A DNA stretch of 64,000 nucleotides, taken from an uncultured delta proteobacterium. GTDB taxonomy: Bacteria > Desulfobacterota > Binatia > UBA9968. The stretch covers positions 128,001 through 192,000 of the forward strand of contig CAWFJP010000017.1 in NCBI GenBank assembly GCA_963816145.1. Direction: 5' to 3'. Positions within the stretch are counted from its first letter, which is position 1. Each line of letters starts with the position of its first letter. Of this stretch, positions 39,045 to 51,486 are shown piece after piece. A model generated the notes under the pieces. That model ran no database searches and was not told where the DNA came from. It saw only the letters and a list, made by a program, of their open reading frames with translations. The translations under genes were made by a program, and so were the position numbers.

Positions 39045-40643
39045 ATGGCCAATCCGGCAAAGTATTATCGTGACTTTCGTGAGCACTTAAAGGCGCTTGA
39101 GGAGCGCGGCAAACTGGTCCGCATTCAACGGGAAATCAACAAAGATACCGAACTGATGCCGCTCGTGCGTTGGCAGTTTCGCGGGCTCGAGGAGCAAGAC
39201 CGCAAAGCGTTCATGTTCGAGAAGATCATTGATTCCAAGGGCAAACGTTATGCGATGCCGGTGACTGTAGGAACCTTAGCCGCGACCACGGAAATCTATG
39301 CCATCGGCATGATGTGCGAACCCGCGCAAATCGCCGAACGCTGGAACCAGGCACAATTGAATCCCTTCGAGCCTACCAAGGTGACTTCGGCACCCGTCCA
39401 TGAGGTCGTCTGGCAAGGCCAAGACCTGCTCAATGGCCATGGGCTGGACATGATCCCAGTGCCGATCTCGACACCGGGCTTCGATAACGCGCCGTATTTA
39501 ACTTCGGCTAATTGGATTACCAAAGACCCCGAAACCGGTATTTACAACATCGGCAACTACCGTAGCCAAATCAAGTCGGCGAACCGCACCGGCGGTCTGT
39601 TCACCACACAGCATATGGGACAGCATTGGCGCAAGGCGAAGACCAAGGGTCAGCGGTTGGAGGCGTGCATCGCCATCGGCGTGGTGCCGAGCATCGCCTA
39701 CTCGGCGACCGCCAAAATCCCTTACGATTTCGACGAATACCGTCTAGCTGGCGGTTTGGCCGGCGCGCCAGTGGAGGTCGTGCAAGCGAAAACCGTCAAC
39801 TTGCTCGTGCCCGCCACCGCGGAAATCATCATCGAAGGGACGATTCCCACCGATATCGTCGAGCCGGAAGGCCCGTTCGGCGAATATCCAGGCTACATGG
39901 GCCACCGCACCGAATCGCCGTTTCTCGAAGTCACCTGCATCACGCACCGACGCGACGCAATATACACCGCGCTGATGAGCCAGTTCCCGCCCAGCGAATC
40001 GAGCAAGATCAAGCACACCGGCACGGAAAAGATCATCTACAAACTGCTGCGCCACGACAGCGGCAACTCGGCGGTACTCGACGTCGCCCTGCATGACGAA
40101 GTCAGCGGCAGTGGTCAGGCCTATTGCGTGATCAAAATGCGCAATGCCACTAAGGCCGAAGCCTGGCGCGCGCTCCACGCCACCGCCGGCTTTACCGGCA
40201 GCTACGCCAAGGTCTGCGTCGCGGTGGATGAAGACATCGATATTCACGATCCGGCGATGATCAATTGGGCGATCTGCTACAACATGCGCCCCGATGAAGA
40301 TGTGGTGATTTCCAAAGGGAAAATGGCCGGACTCGATCCGTCGACCTACCCGCCGGGAATGGAAAAGGAAGACCGCCGCGCCACTTCAACCTCCGCGTTG
40401 CTGATCAATGCGATCCGACCCTGGCCCTACACGCCGGTGTCGCTGCCAAAACGAGAATTTATGGAGCGCTCCAAGCAGATTTGGGAAGAACTCGAGCTCC
40501 CGCCGCTTAAGCCGCGCATGCCTTGGTACGGCTACAGTTTGGGCGCCTGGACCCAGCAAGACGAAGAGGAAGCGGAACTAGCCGTCAAAGGTGATTACTT
40601 CGAAACCGGCAAAAAGCAGACCGGGCAGAGAAAAAAGTCCTAA
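39045..40643 (+). CDS. UbiD family (prFMN-dependent) decarboxylase
   Basis: DFREHL, NIGNYR, VPATAEIIIEG, EGPFGEYPGY, VAVDEDID; GGAG RBS before ATG 39045. Confidence 0.92.
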   Translation: MANPAKYYRDFREHLKALEERGKLVRIQREINKDTELMPLVRWQFRGLEEQDRKAFMFEKIIDSKGKRYAMPVTVGTLAATTEIYAIGMMCEPAQIAERWNQAQLNPFEPTKVTSAPVHEVVWQGQDLLNGHGLDMIPVPISTPGFDNAPYLTSANWITKDPETGIYNIGNYRSQIKSANRTGGLFTTQHMGQHWRKAKTKGQRLEACIAIGVVPSIAYSATAKIPYDFDEYRLAGGLAGAPVEVVQAKTVNLLVPATAEIIIEGTIPTDIVEPEGPFGEYPGYMGHRTESPFLEVTCITHRRDAIYTALMSQFPPSESSKIKHTGTEKIIYKLLRHDSGNSAVLDVALHDEVSGSGQAYCVIKMRNATKAEAWRALHATAGFTGSYAKVCVAVDEDIDIHDPAMINWAICYNMRPDEDVVISKGKMAGLDPSTYPPGMEKEDRRATSTSALLINAIRPWPYTPVSLPKREFMERSKQIWEELELPPLKPRMPWYGYSLGAWTQQDEEEAELAVKGDYFETGKKQTGQRKKS

Positions 40644-40700
40644 GGTGAACTGGTTACGAGTTGGAGGTACCAGGCGACCCGAAACTCGAAATTTTCGGTC

Positions 40701-41153
40701 TTAGAAGAGCCCCGGTATCCAGCGGTGCACCGAAGATAAATAATCGACATACGGCTGACCGAGCGTTTGTACAAGTTTTTTCTCGTCACCGACCACTCGG
40801 GTGTGGAACCAAACCGCAGTGCCAATCGTGATCAACGCAGCGAACCAGGACTTTAGCGTCAGGGTAAGGCCGATGAGAAAAATGATGTGGCCCAGATACA
40901 TGGGATTGCGCGTATAGGCGTAAAACCCGGTTGTCACCAAGCGCTCGGGCGGGGCGTCCAGTCCCGGACCGCCGCCGCCACGGATACCCCGATAGCGGCC
41001 GCAGAGTCGATACTGCAAATAACCCCAGACCATCAGCGGTGCGAAGTAATACGCTGGCCGCAGTCGAGCACCGTGGACCGCTAGTTCCCAAGCGACGGTA
41101 ACGGCTGGATAGAGTACAAATGTTCGCACCGGGGTGCGGCTAAAAAATCGCAT
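40701..41153 (-). CDS. Isoprenylcysteine carboxylmethyltransferase/PEMT family membrane protein
   Basis: LVTTGFYAYTRNPMYLG, E..L...G..Y..Y...V.RWIP. Confidence 0.85.
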   Translation of the reverse strand: MRFFSRTPVRTFVLYPAVTVAWELAVHGARLRPAYYFAPLMVWGYLQYRLCGRYRGIRGGGGPGLDAPPERLVTTGFYAYTRNPMYLGHIIFLIGLTLTLKSWFAALITIGTAVWFHTRVVGDEKKLVQTLGQPYVDYLSSVHRWIPGLF

Positions 41154-41170
41154 TGTATTAGCAAAAAAGT

Positions 41171-41926
41171 ATGGCCCTGGATTTAACACATATTCTTGTC
41201 GGCGTCGCCTTGTTACTTGCCGCCTTCGTCAAAGGCGCTACCGGCCTCGGCTTCCCGCTCATCGCAACGCCGATGGTCGCGTTACTATTGGACATACGCA
41301 TCGCCGTGACGATCCTCATCCTGCCCAATCTTTTGATGGATATAACCCAGGTGTTTCGCAATGGCTTTCCCTACGCGATCCTGCAGCGCTTCAAATCGAT
41401 GATCGGCCTGACCATCATCGGGGTATTCATCGGGACCATGGTGTTAGTGATGTTGCCCCTATGGGCGCTCAATCTGAGCTTGGGAATCATGGTATTGATC
41501 TTCGTGACCTCGAACCTGCTAAAGTTCGAATTTACGATTTCTGCCGGGGCAGAAAAATTCCTCTCGCCGCTCTTTGGGCTGCTGAGCGGTTTTCTCAATG
41601 GCATGACCAATGCGGCGGGACCTACTCTAGCGATTTATTTCTACAGCTTGAAGCTTGAGAAGCGCGACTTCGTCAAATCCGTCGCGTCGATCTTCATGAT
41701 CACCAAGGCGACGCAATTGATCGCCGTGTCGACCTGGAATCTGTTCAATTGGAATACCCTCACCCTATCTCTGCAAGTGGTGCTTTTCACCTTGGTCGGT
41801 TTCTTCGCCGGCCTGAAAACTCAGGATCGGGTGAACCAAAAAACCTTTAGCCGGGGATTGATGGTGCTGCTGTCGATGGTCGGGTTAATCCTGATCGCGC
41901 GGGCGCTCAGCCAAGCGCTCAAGTGA
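41171..41926 (+). CDS. Sulfite exporter TauE/SafE family
   Basis: FVKGATGLGF, LSGFLNGMTNAAGP, ~8 TM segments. Confidence 0.88.
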   Translation: MALDLTHILVGVALLLAAFVKGATGLGFPLIATPMVALLLDIRIAVTILILPNLLMDITQVFRNGFPYAILQRFKSMIGLTIIGVFIGTMVLVMLPLWALNLSLGIMVLIFVTSNLLKFEFTISAGAEKFLSPLFGLLSGFLNGMTNAAGPTLAIYFYSLKLEKRDFVKSVASIFMITKATQLIAVSTWNLFNWNTLTLSLQVVLFTLVGFFAGLKTQDRVNQKTFSRGLMVLLSMVGLILIARALSQALK

Positions 41927-41970
41927 CTTGCCACGGGTTCTGCGAAGTCGCAGAGCGCGGTAAATATGCT

Positions 41971-42693
41971 TCACAGGGCCGGGGCGTACAAATTGTTCGG
42001 CAAAGCGCGGACGTAGTCGAGCGCCTCTTTGAGCGGGATCACGTCGGCATACTTCATCGCCATGTCGAATAGATTGATCTTGTGCGAAGCCTGGCCGCGG
42101 TCGAAAACACACTCTTCGACCACCGAGACTTTCAAGTTATAGGAGAACGCGTCGATGACGCTGGCGCGCACGCAGCCGCTGGTGGTGGTGCCGCAGACAA
42201 GCAAGCTGTCAGCATGGACTTCGGTCAGCATGCTCATAAGCGGCGTGCCGAAAAAAGCGCTGGGCTTTTGCTTGCGCACGACGATATCCCCGGGCTGGGG
42301 AGCGATCTCTTCGACGATCTGATTGGCTTTCTCCCATTGCTCGGTCATGTCTTCCGTGGTGCGGTTGCTTTTGGCCGCCCAACCGCCAACCAAAACCGTG
42401 CTGTTAGCGCGATTCTCCTCGGCGGTGGTATAAAACGTCGGCACATGCTTTTTGCGAGCATCGCCGAGCAACTGGCCAATCGCATGGACACCGTCCCAAC
42501 CTTCTTCACCGCAGCTGGTACGAAAACGCTTCACCGACTCGAGGATCGGTTCGGGTTTATCGCCGGTAAAATTGTAATTGACGTCGATAATCAACAGCGC
42601 CGGCCGCTGCCCCAACCCGGCTTTCTTACCGAAACCCGATAGCGCGAAAACTTCTTTGTCGCGCGGCGTCAAGATATCGTCCCAGCTCGCCAT
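41971..42693 (-). CDS. Isochorismatase-family cysteine hydrolase (maleamate amidohydrolase/N-carbamoylsarcosine amidase-like)
   Basis: PALLIIDV, KQKPSAFFGT, GTTTSGCVRAS, FDR, LFDMAMKYADV. Confidence 0.9.
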   Translation of the reverse strand: MASWDDILTPRDKEVFALSGFGKKAGLGQRPALLIIDVNYNFTGDKPEPILESVKRFRTSCGEEGWDGVHAIGQLLGDARKKHVPTFYTTAEENRANSTVLVGGWAAKSNRTTEDMTEQWEKANQIVEEIAPQPGDIVVRKQKPSAFFGTPLMSMLTEVHADSLLVCGTTTSGCVRASVIDAFSYNLKVSVVEECVFDRGQASHKINLFDMAMKYADVIPLKEALDYVRALPNNLYAPAL

Positions 42694-42845
42694 GAGAGAC
42701 CCTCCCCAATTGCACGTTTGCCGGATGTTCATAACAATTCGCAGGCGATGTCAAGTCGATATCGCCGCCGACACATTGACCCCAGGTCAACTGACGCCTA
42801 TAACGAGGGAAGCTCGGCAAACTAGAAAAGGGAATTTCGCCCACG

Positions 42846-43397
42846 ATGACGCAAATCGGCAAAACTCTTAAGCTAATCTTGGTATTTTTGCTCTTAACCG
42901 GCTGCGGTTCGTCCGTAGCGGTGTGGACCGATGGCGAAGTGCCGTTTGTCCGATCGACACCGGAAGTTATCGAGCGCATGCTCGATCTCGCGCAGGTGAA
43001 ACCAGGCGATGTCATCTACGATATCGGCAGCGGCGACGGCGCGATCATCATCTATGCGGCAAAAAAATACGGCATCAAAGGCGTCGGTATAGAAATCGAT
43101 GAGGGCTTGGTCGAGCGCGCGCGCCGCAGCGCATATGTCGAAAACGTCCAGCATCTGGTCGAGTTTCGCGCCCAGGACGCCTTCACCGTCGACATCTCTC
43201 CCGCCACCGTCGTAACGCTCTACATGCTGCCGGAATTCAACGCCAAACTGCGGCCGATCATGGATCGCCAGCTCAAGCCTGGCACGCGAGTCGTCTCCCA
43301 CGACTATCCGGTTGAAGGGTGGGTGCCGGACCGCATGGAGCCGGTTCGCGGTGACTTCCTCCATGACCACACAGTTCTGCTCTTTGAGATTCGTTAG
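42846..43397 (+). CDS. Class I SAM-dependent methyltransferase with a lipobox-like N-terminus
   Basis: VPFV pre-motif, YDIGSGDG motif I, GVGIEID, TVVTLY, RVVSHD; LLLTGC. Confidence 0.88.
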   Translation: MTQIGKTLKLILVFLLLTGCGSSVAVWTDGEVPFVRSTPEVIERMLDLAQVKPGDVIYDIGSGDGAIIIYAAKKYGIKGVGIEIDEGLVERARRSAYVENVQHLVEFRAQDAFTVDISPATVVTLYMLPEFNAKLRPIMDRQLKPGTRVVSHDYPVEGWVPDRMEPVRGDFLHDHTVLLFEIR

Positions 43398-43414
43398 AAT
43401 AAGCAACCGATCCA

Positions 43415-43586
43415 GCAAAGGGTAAGCCCGAAGCAGGGAAGCCAGCTAATTGTGCCGTCGCAAAATCTTATTTCATGCGTGGCTTTGAGCAATCGTAAAC
43501 TAGCCGGGAAACCCGGTTGCACCCTAGTCAACTTTCGTCTCAGAGGCAGAGGCCCATTGGCTTCACCGCGGAGGGTTACCCTTTGC
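43415..43586 (+). ncRNA. Putative structured non-coding RNA (~172 nt; 6S-like dimensions, family unassigned)
   Basis: Ends pair: GCAAAGGGTAA/TTACCCTTTGC and GAAGCCA/TGGCTTC; inner stems CTTTGAG/CTCAGAG and GCCGGG-AAA-CCCGGT; wobble pairs favour the + strand; terminator follows. Confidence 0.5.
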
Positions 43587-43626
43587 CACGCTCTAACTGC
43601 CAAACGCGCAATTCGCGCTAAAACGC

Positions 43627-43654
43627 AAAAGGCCCCGCATAAGCGAGGCCTTTT
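43627..43654. terminator. Bidirectional rho-independent terminator
   Basis: AAAAGGCCCCGC-ATAA-GCGAGGCCTTTT between convergent units. Confidence 0.75.
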
Positions 43655-43678
43655 AAGAATCACACACTTGAATAGATC

Positions 43679-45223
43679 TTAGTCGCTTGCGGTCGTCGGA
43701 AACATCAGCGACTTAACAGTGACTGGAATGACTTCGGTGATACCCAAGCATTCACCGATATCGATATAGTCCAAATCGCCCACTTCGATGCCGTCAATCG
43801 CAATAATATCCCGAGAAACTTGAAGCTCCTCCCGCAGGATGGCGCCGAGTGACTTGGCGATATCCAAATCCAGGGTCAAATAAAGCGGACACTTTGAATC
43901 GTCGGCTTCTTTGAGAATCTTCGCCACGCCTTCGGCAATGCGCCGGACCGATTGATAGTCCGGCACGCCACTCACGGTTAACGACAAAGCTAACCCGGAA
44001 GTGAAGCAGCTCAGGTCAAACTTTCTGAGCGCCTGTTTGATCGCTTCGGCCACCGACTCGCCGGCGCGGATCGGCGCTTGAATGACCTTTAGACCATGCA
44101 CCGGCAGGGCTTTCTCGTTGGAGACATAGCTGGTGTTGCCGCTCGCTTGGATGGTGTACTCGCCGGCGCCGATGACCGTGGCGCGAATACCTTCGATGGG
44201 CTCGCGCAGGACATCCTTAGGGAGCTTTTTTAAATAGTCGCGCATGTTCTTGCCGAGCACCGGCCCGATGTCGCCGTACGCTTTCGGATCGCGGTCGTAG
44301 ACATGCTCGGAAACGCCACCGGAAAAAACCAGGTGCTGCACTTGCTTGAAACCGGCGTAGTTGACGAACGGCGGCGTCACCATCAGTGAACTCGCCATCG
44401 GCGACTTTGGGCCTTGTTCGATGACCTCGAAGAGAATCTTCGCCATATAGGCGCCGAAGTCTTCTTTCATTTTCTCACTGATCTTCTGGCCGAGCGCAAC
44501 TTTATGGCCGAGCTCATTCATCATGATTCGCCCCGGCTCTTCGATACGCGTTATCTGGTCCTTTTCATCGAAAGCGATGAGCCGCGCCCCGATGCTGATC
44601 GAGGCCGTTTGCGTCACGACGCCTTCTTCGACAAGCGAAAATTTGGTCGTGCCACCACCCATATCGACATTGAGCACGGTCTTGTGCTCGCCCTTCGACA
44701 GATCCACCGCGCCACAACCGTAAGCAGCTAATAGCGCTTCGTGGTTATGCCCCGCCGCCGCGCAGATAAACTTACCGGAGTATTTGGCGAAGTTCTCAAC
44801 GATCGGCTGCGCGTTTTCTTTTTTCAAAGCTTCGCCAGTGATGATCACCGCGCCGGTATCGACATCTTCCGGCGTCAAGCCCGCCTCCTTATAAGCGTTG
44901 TGGATGAAGTCATTCACCTTATCAGTGTCGATCTTGGTCGCCGAGATATAGGGCGTCAGCATAATCGGCGAGCGGTAGAGCACCTCGCGACCGGTGACCC
45001 GGAACTTACCCGATAACGACGCGCCTTCGCGCCGCAGCGTTATGTGCGAAAAAATCAAATGCGATGTGGAAGAACCGATGTCGATGCCCACGCTTTTCAG
45101 CGAAAACATCTCCAACCCCTCGATGTCGGTGACGATCTCATCCTCTTTAATAATGAAATTGTCGGGATGGTCGTGATCGTAGATATCGTCGTGCATCTGT
45201 AGCCTCTGTATAGTATCCGCCAT
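43679..45223 (-). CDS. EutA-like (ethanolamine ammonia-lyase reactivase family) ASKHA ATPase
   Basis: SVGIDIGSSTSHLIFS, TGAVIITGE..KKENA, NVDMGGGTTK, FSGGVS, IRATVIGAG, DYIDIG, VIPVTVKSLMF. Confidence 0.85.
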   Translation of the reverse strand: MADTIQRLQMHDDIYDHDHPDNFIIKEDEIVTDIEGLEMFSLKSVGIDIGSSTSHLIFSHITLRREGASLSGKFRVTGREVLYRSPIMLTPYISATKIDTDKVNDFIHNAYKEAGLTPEDVDTGAVIITGEALKKENAQPIVENFAKYSGKFICAAAGHNHEALLAAYGCGAVDLSKGEHKTVLNVDMGGGTTKFSLVEEGVVTQTASISIGARLIAFDEKDQITRIEEPGRIMMNELGHKVALGQKISEKMKEDFGAYMAKILFEVIEQGPKSPMASSLMVTPPFVNYAGFKQVQHLVFSGGVSEHVYDRDPKAYGDIGPVLGKNMRDYLKKLPKDVLREPIEGIRATVIGAGEYTIQASGNTSYVSNEKALPVHGLKVIQAPIRAGESVAEAIKQALRKFDLSCFTSGLALSLTVSGVPDYQSVRRIAEGVAKILKEADDSKCPLYLTLDLDIAKSLGAILREELQVSRDIIAIDGIEVGDLDYIDIGECLGITEVIPVTVKSLMFPTTASD

Positions 45224-45243
45224 TTTCTCCTACCCTAATAACA

Positions 45244-45273
45244 GGAATCCCCGCTCCTTGGAGCGGGGATTCC
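45244..45273. terminator. Near-perfect 30-nt palindrome between the cupin and EutA-like genes
   Basis: GGAATCCCCGCTCC-TT-GGAGCGGGGATTCC. Confidence 0.55.
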
Positions 45274-45304
45274 GTAATCAAACTTTTAAGTCGTTACAGT
45301 TAAT

Positions 45305-46438
45305 CTATTGCTTGCCCATCGCTTTGGACCATTCGTAGTCCGGGTTGCTGTAGCATTCGTCGGGCATGATGCTCTTGATGCCGCGTTTGCCCAACTCCTC
45401 TTCAAACTTCTTACGAATAAACGGATCCTCGTTGGGATACTCGATCTGATCCTTGGCGCGATCTTCGACCTTTTCCGCATGGCCATGGAACTGCATCGGT
45501 GGATGAAGTGCCAAATAACGCGCCATATCACCGCCGGCATTGAAATGCTGGTGGAACCACTTATCCGGCGGAGTAATCATGCTGCATTCATGCCATGGGC
45601 AAACGATCTTTTCTTTGCCCTCTTCCCACATGATTGAATAGCCTTCGCCGGCGGGAATGATGATCGCGCGGCCCGGGCCATGGCGATGCGCTTTCTTGTA
45701 GGTCTTAGGCGCGAACACCGACATGTGAGCGGTAAGTTCGGAATTGGGGAACTGCATGAACACGCTCTTGCCGCCGGCGCCGCGCCGTTCGTTGGCATCG
45801 AGCTTGTTCCAGGCACGCATGTCCGGGAAGAAGTTACCGTACCAGAAGGCGCGCATGCCCAACCCTTCGTCGGCATCCTTCGCCTGAACCATTTTGGCTT
45901 CCGAATAGAAATCGCCCTGGTCGGCGGTGATTTTAGGCTCGTAAGGATTGTTGAAATACATATCGGGTTCCGGCAACGCTGACATCGCCATCGGCATGTA
46001 GCTGTAGTGGAACAAGCGGATCGGCTTGTCGCCCGTCATATTGCTGAAGACATGCCAATGATTGCGCGGCACGAGAAACATCGAGTGCTCTTGCCATTCG
46101 AAATTCTTCTTCGCTTTGCCTTCACCTGCCCATACGGTGGTCAATCCGCGGCCGGAGCAAACGTAAACGACCTCATCCAAGGCGAACTTTACCGGCGGCA
46201 ACGACTTACCGGGAGGTACTTCAGTGACACGCGCGGCGCTGACACCTTCTTGCCCCCACAACTGAATGAAGGCGGCCTTGCAGCCTCTTTCTTCCCACCA
46301 TTCCAATTCAACGGTGCGGAGATCTGGGATAAAATAACCCTTGTGGATTGGGATGCCCTTGGATTTCATCCACCGGTCATAGGTGAATTCCTTGCTCCAC
46401 ATCGTGATTACGGGTTCTTGATTCGCCGTTTCGGCCAT
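45305..46438 (-). CDS. Bicupin protein (gentisate 1,2-dioxygenase-like architecture), function unknown
   Basis: Two cupin repeats: DEVVYVCSGRG..FLVPRNHWH and KKAHRHGPG..PPDKWFHQHFN; AAGGAGG RBS. Confidence 0.82.
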   Translation of the reverse strand: MAETANQEPVITMWSKEFTYDRWMKSKGIPIHKGYFIPDLRTVELEWWEERGCKAAFIQLWGQEGVSAARVTEVPPGKSLPPVKFALDEVVYVCSGRGLTTVWAGEGKAKKNFEWQEHSMFLVPRNHWHVFSNMTGDKPIRLFHYSYMPMAMSALPEPDMYFNNPYEPKITADQGDFYSEAKMVQAKDADEGLGMRAFWYGNFFPDMRAWNKLDANERRGAGGKSVFMQFPNSELTAHMSVFAPKTYKKAHRHGPGRAIIIPAGEGYSIMWEEGKEKIVCPWHECSMITPPDKWFHQHFNAGGDMARYLALHPPMQFHGHAEKVEDRAKDQIEYPNEDPFIRKKFEEELGKRGIKSIMPDECYSNPDYEWSKAMGKQ

Positions 46439-46476
46439 AAAACTTCCTCCTTACTGCGTTCTCTTTTGCTATTTAC

Positions 46477-46893
46477 TTATCTTCTTGTCTCTTTACTAGC
46501 AACCTGGAGCCGGGCCAATGCGCGCCGTTGCGCCTCTTCAAGTTGCCCATACTCGGGGTCCTCGAAATTGACCTCGCCCATACGCTTTTCAGCTCGTTCC
46601 TTAGCCCTCTGCGCGCGCGCCGTATCGATCTCGGCGGGAAACTCGGCCGCCGGGGCGAGCACGGTCATGACATTATCCAATACCTCGGCATAGCCACCGC
46701 CGATGACCAAGGAATGACGGGCAGCGCCTTGTTTGTAGCTCATCTCTCCGGCGACCAATGTCGACAAGAAGGAAATATGATTGGGCAGGACGCCAAACTC
46801 GCCCAATTCGCCCGGCGCGCTGACCTCGTCGACTTCCTCTTCAAGTACCAGCCGGCTCGGGGTTACGACTCTTAGTTTAATCTTGTCTGCCAT
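46477..46893 (-). CDS. atpC: ATP synthase F1 epsilon
   Basis: LRVVTP, PGELGEFGVLPNH, GGYAEV, IDTARA. Confidence 0.95.
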   Translation of the reverse strand: MADKIKLRVVTPSRLVLEEEVDEVSAPGELGEFGVLPNHISFLSTLVAGEMSYKQGAARHSLVIGGGYAEVLDNVMTVLAPAAEFPAEIDTARAQRAKERAEKRMGEVNFEDPEYGQLEEAQRRALARLQVASKETRR

Positions 46894-46905
46894 GGTAAAT
46901 ACCAA

Positions 46906-46968
46906 GGCGTGAGGCGATGGGCGCGAGTCCGGAATCTGACTCATGCCTCATGACTCACGCCCCATGCC
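46906..46968. repeat. Inverted array of ~7-nt units between atpD and atpC
   Basis: GGCGTGA/GGCGATG/GGCGCGAGTC facing GACTCAT/GCCTCAT/GACTCAC/GCCCCAT/GCC. Confidence 0.6.
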
Positions 46969-46972
46969 TAAC

Positions 46973-48400
<1,428 letters not shown>

Positions 48401-48405
48401 TCATA

Positions 48406-48483
48406 TCGTGTTCGTGCCCGTGGTTCGTGCTCGTAAATCCATATTCCGAGTCTCCCCGAACACGATCACGAGCCACGGTCACG
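48406..48483. repeat. Inverted array of ~6-nt units between atpG and atpD
   Basis: (NNCGTG)n facing (CACGNN)n. Confidence 0.65.
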
Positions 48484-48487
48484 TCTT

Positions 48488-49354
<867 letters not shown>

Positions 49355-49365
49355 CGCTGCAAAAA

Positions 49366-49424
49366 TTTCTAGCTTCTAGTCGGATCTTTCTAGCTACGAC
49401 GAACTAGAAACATGAAACTAGGAA

Positions 49425-49428
<4 letters not shown>
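49366..49428. repeat. Inverted array of ~7-nt units between atpA and atpG
   Basis: TTTCTAG/CTTCTAG/TTTCTAG facing CTAGAAA/CATGAAA/CTAGGAA. Confidence 0.6.
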
Positions 49429-50933
<1,505 letters not shown>

Positions 50934-50943
50934 CTCTTGCTCC

Positions 50944-51486
50944 TTAATAACCGCGCGCGATGCGCTGTTTCATCTTTTCCAATTGCGTTCGCAAGCTGCC
51001 GTCGTAGATCTTTCCTTCAAGCTCCACTTGGAGGCCGCCAAGTAAATCCGGCTCGACTACCTGTTGGAGGATGACTTCTTTGCCGGAAATAGCGCGCAGC
51101 TGACCGCGCACCCGCTCGACCATCGCCGGCTCGAGCGCATTCGCGCTGACCACTTTGGCATCGACGCGGCCTTTGGCATCATTGAGCAAGCGGCGATAAC
51201 AACTGACGATACCAGGCAGGTGGCCCAAGCGGTCGCGCTCCAGGAGCAGCGACAGAAACCTGACGGTCAATGACGACAGGCGCTCGCTCTGCGCAACTTG
51301 GTTCAGTATCCGTTTTCGCGTGTCAACAGGAAATGCGGGATTGGTCAGTACTGGCTGCAGGTCGGATCGGCTATACTCCGAATGAAATTGTTCGATCTCG
51401 ACGCCGACCGCCTCTTCCTGGCCGCCGTCGCGCGCCAATTGAAAAATCGCCTTGGTGTATCTGCGTGCTAAACTGCCTTCGGTCAT
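50944..51486 (-). CDS. atpH: ATP synthase F1 delta
   Basis: [25 protein letters not shown]. Confidence 0.95.
   Translation of the reverse strand: MTEGSLARRYTKAIFQLARDGGQEEAVGVEIEQFHSEYSRSDLQPVLTNPAFPVDTRKRILNQVAQSERLSSLTVRFLSLLLERDRLGHLPGIVSCYRRLLNDAKGRVDAKVVSANALEPAMVERVRGQLRAISGKEVILQQVVEPDLLGGLQVELEGKIYDGSLRTQLEKMKQRIARGY

Noticed and set aside
43415-43586. tmRNA, RNase P, SRP or cobalamin riboswitch
   Set aside because: No tRNA-like ends, no GAGGAAAGUCC, no SRP GGAAG-CAGC helix, no B12 box; not positioned 5' of a co-oriented gene
43394-43682. Two short ORFs (89 aa minus, 76 aa plus) across the structured region
   Set aside because: No RBS or protein-like features; extensive base pairing is better explained as RNA
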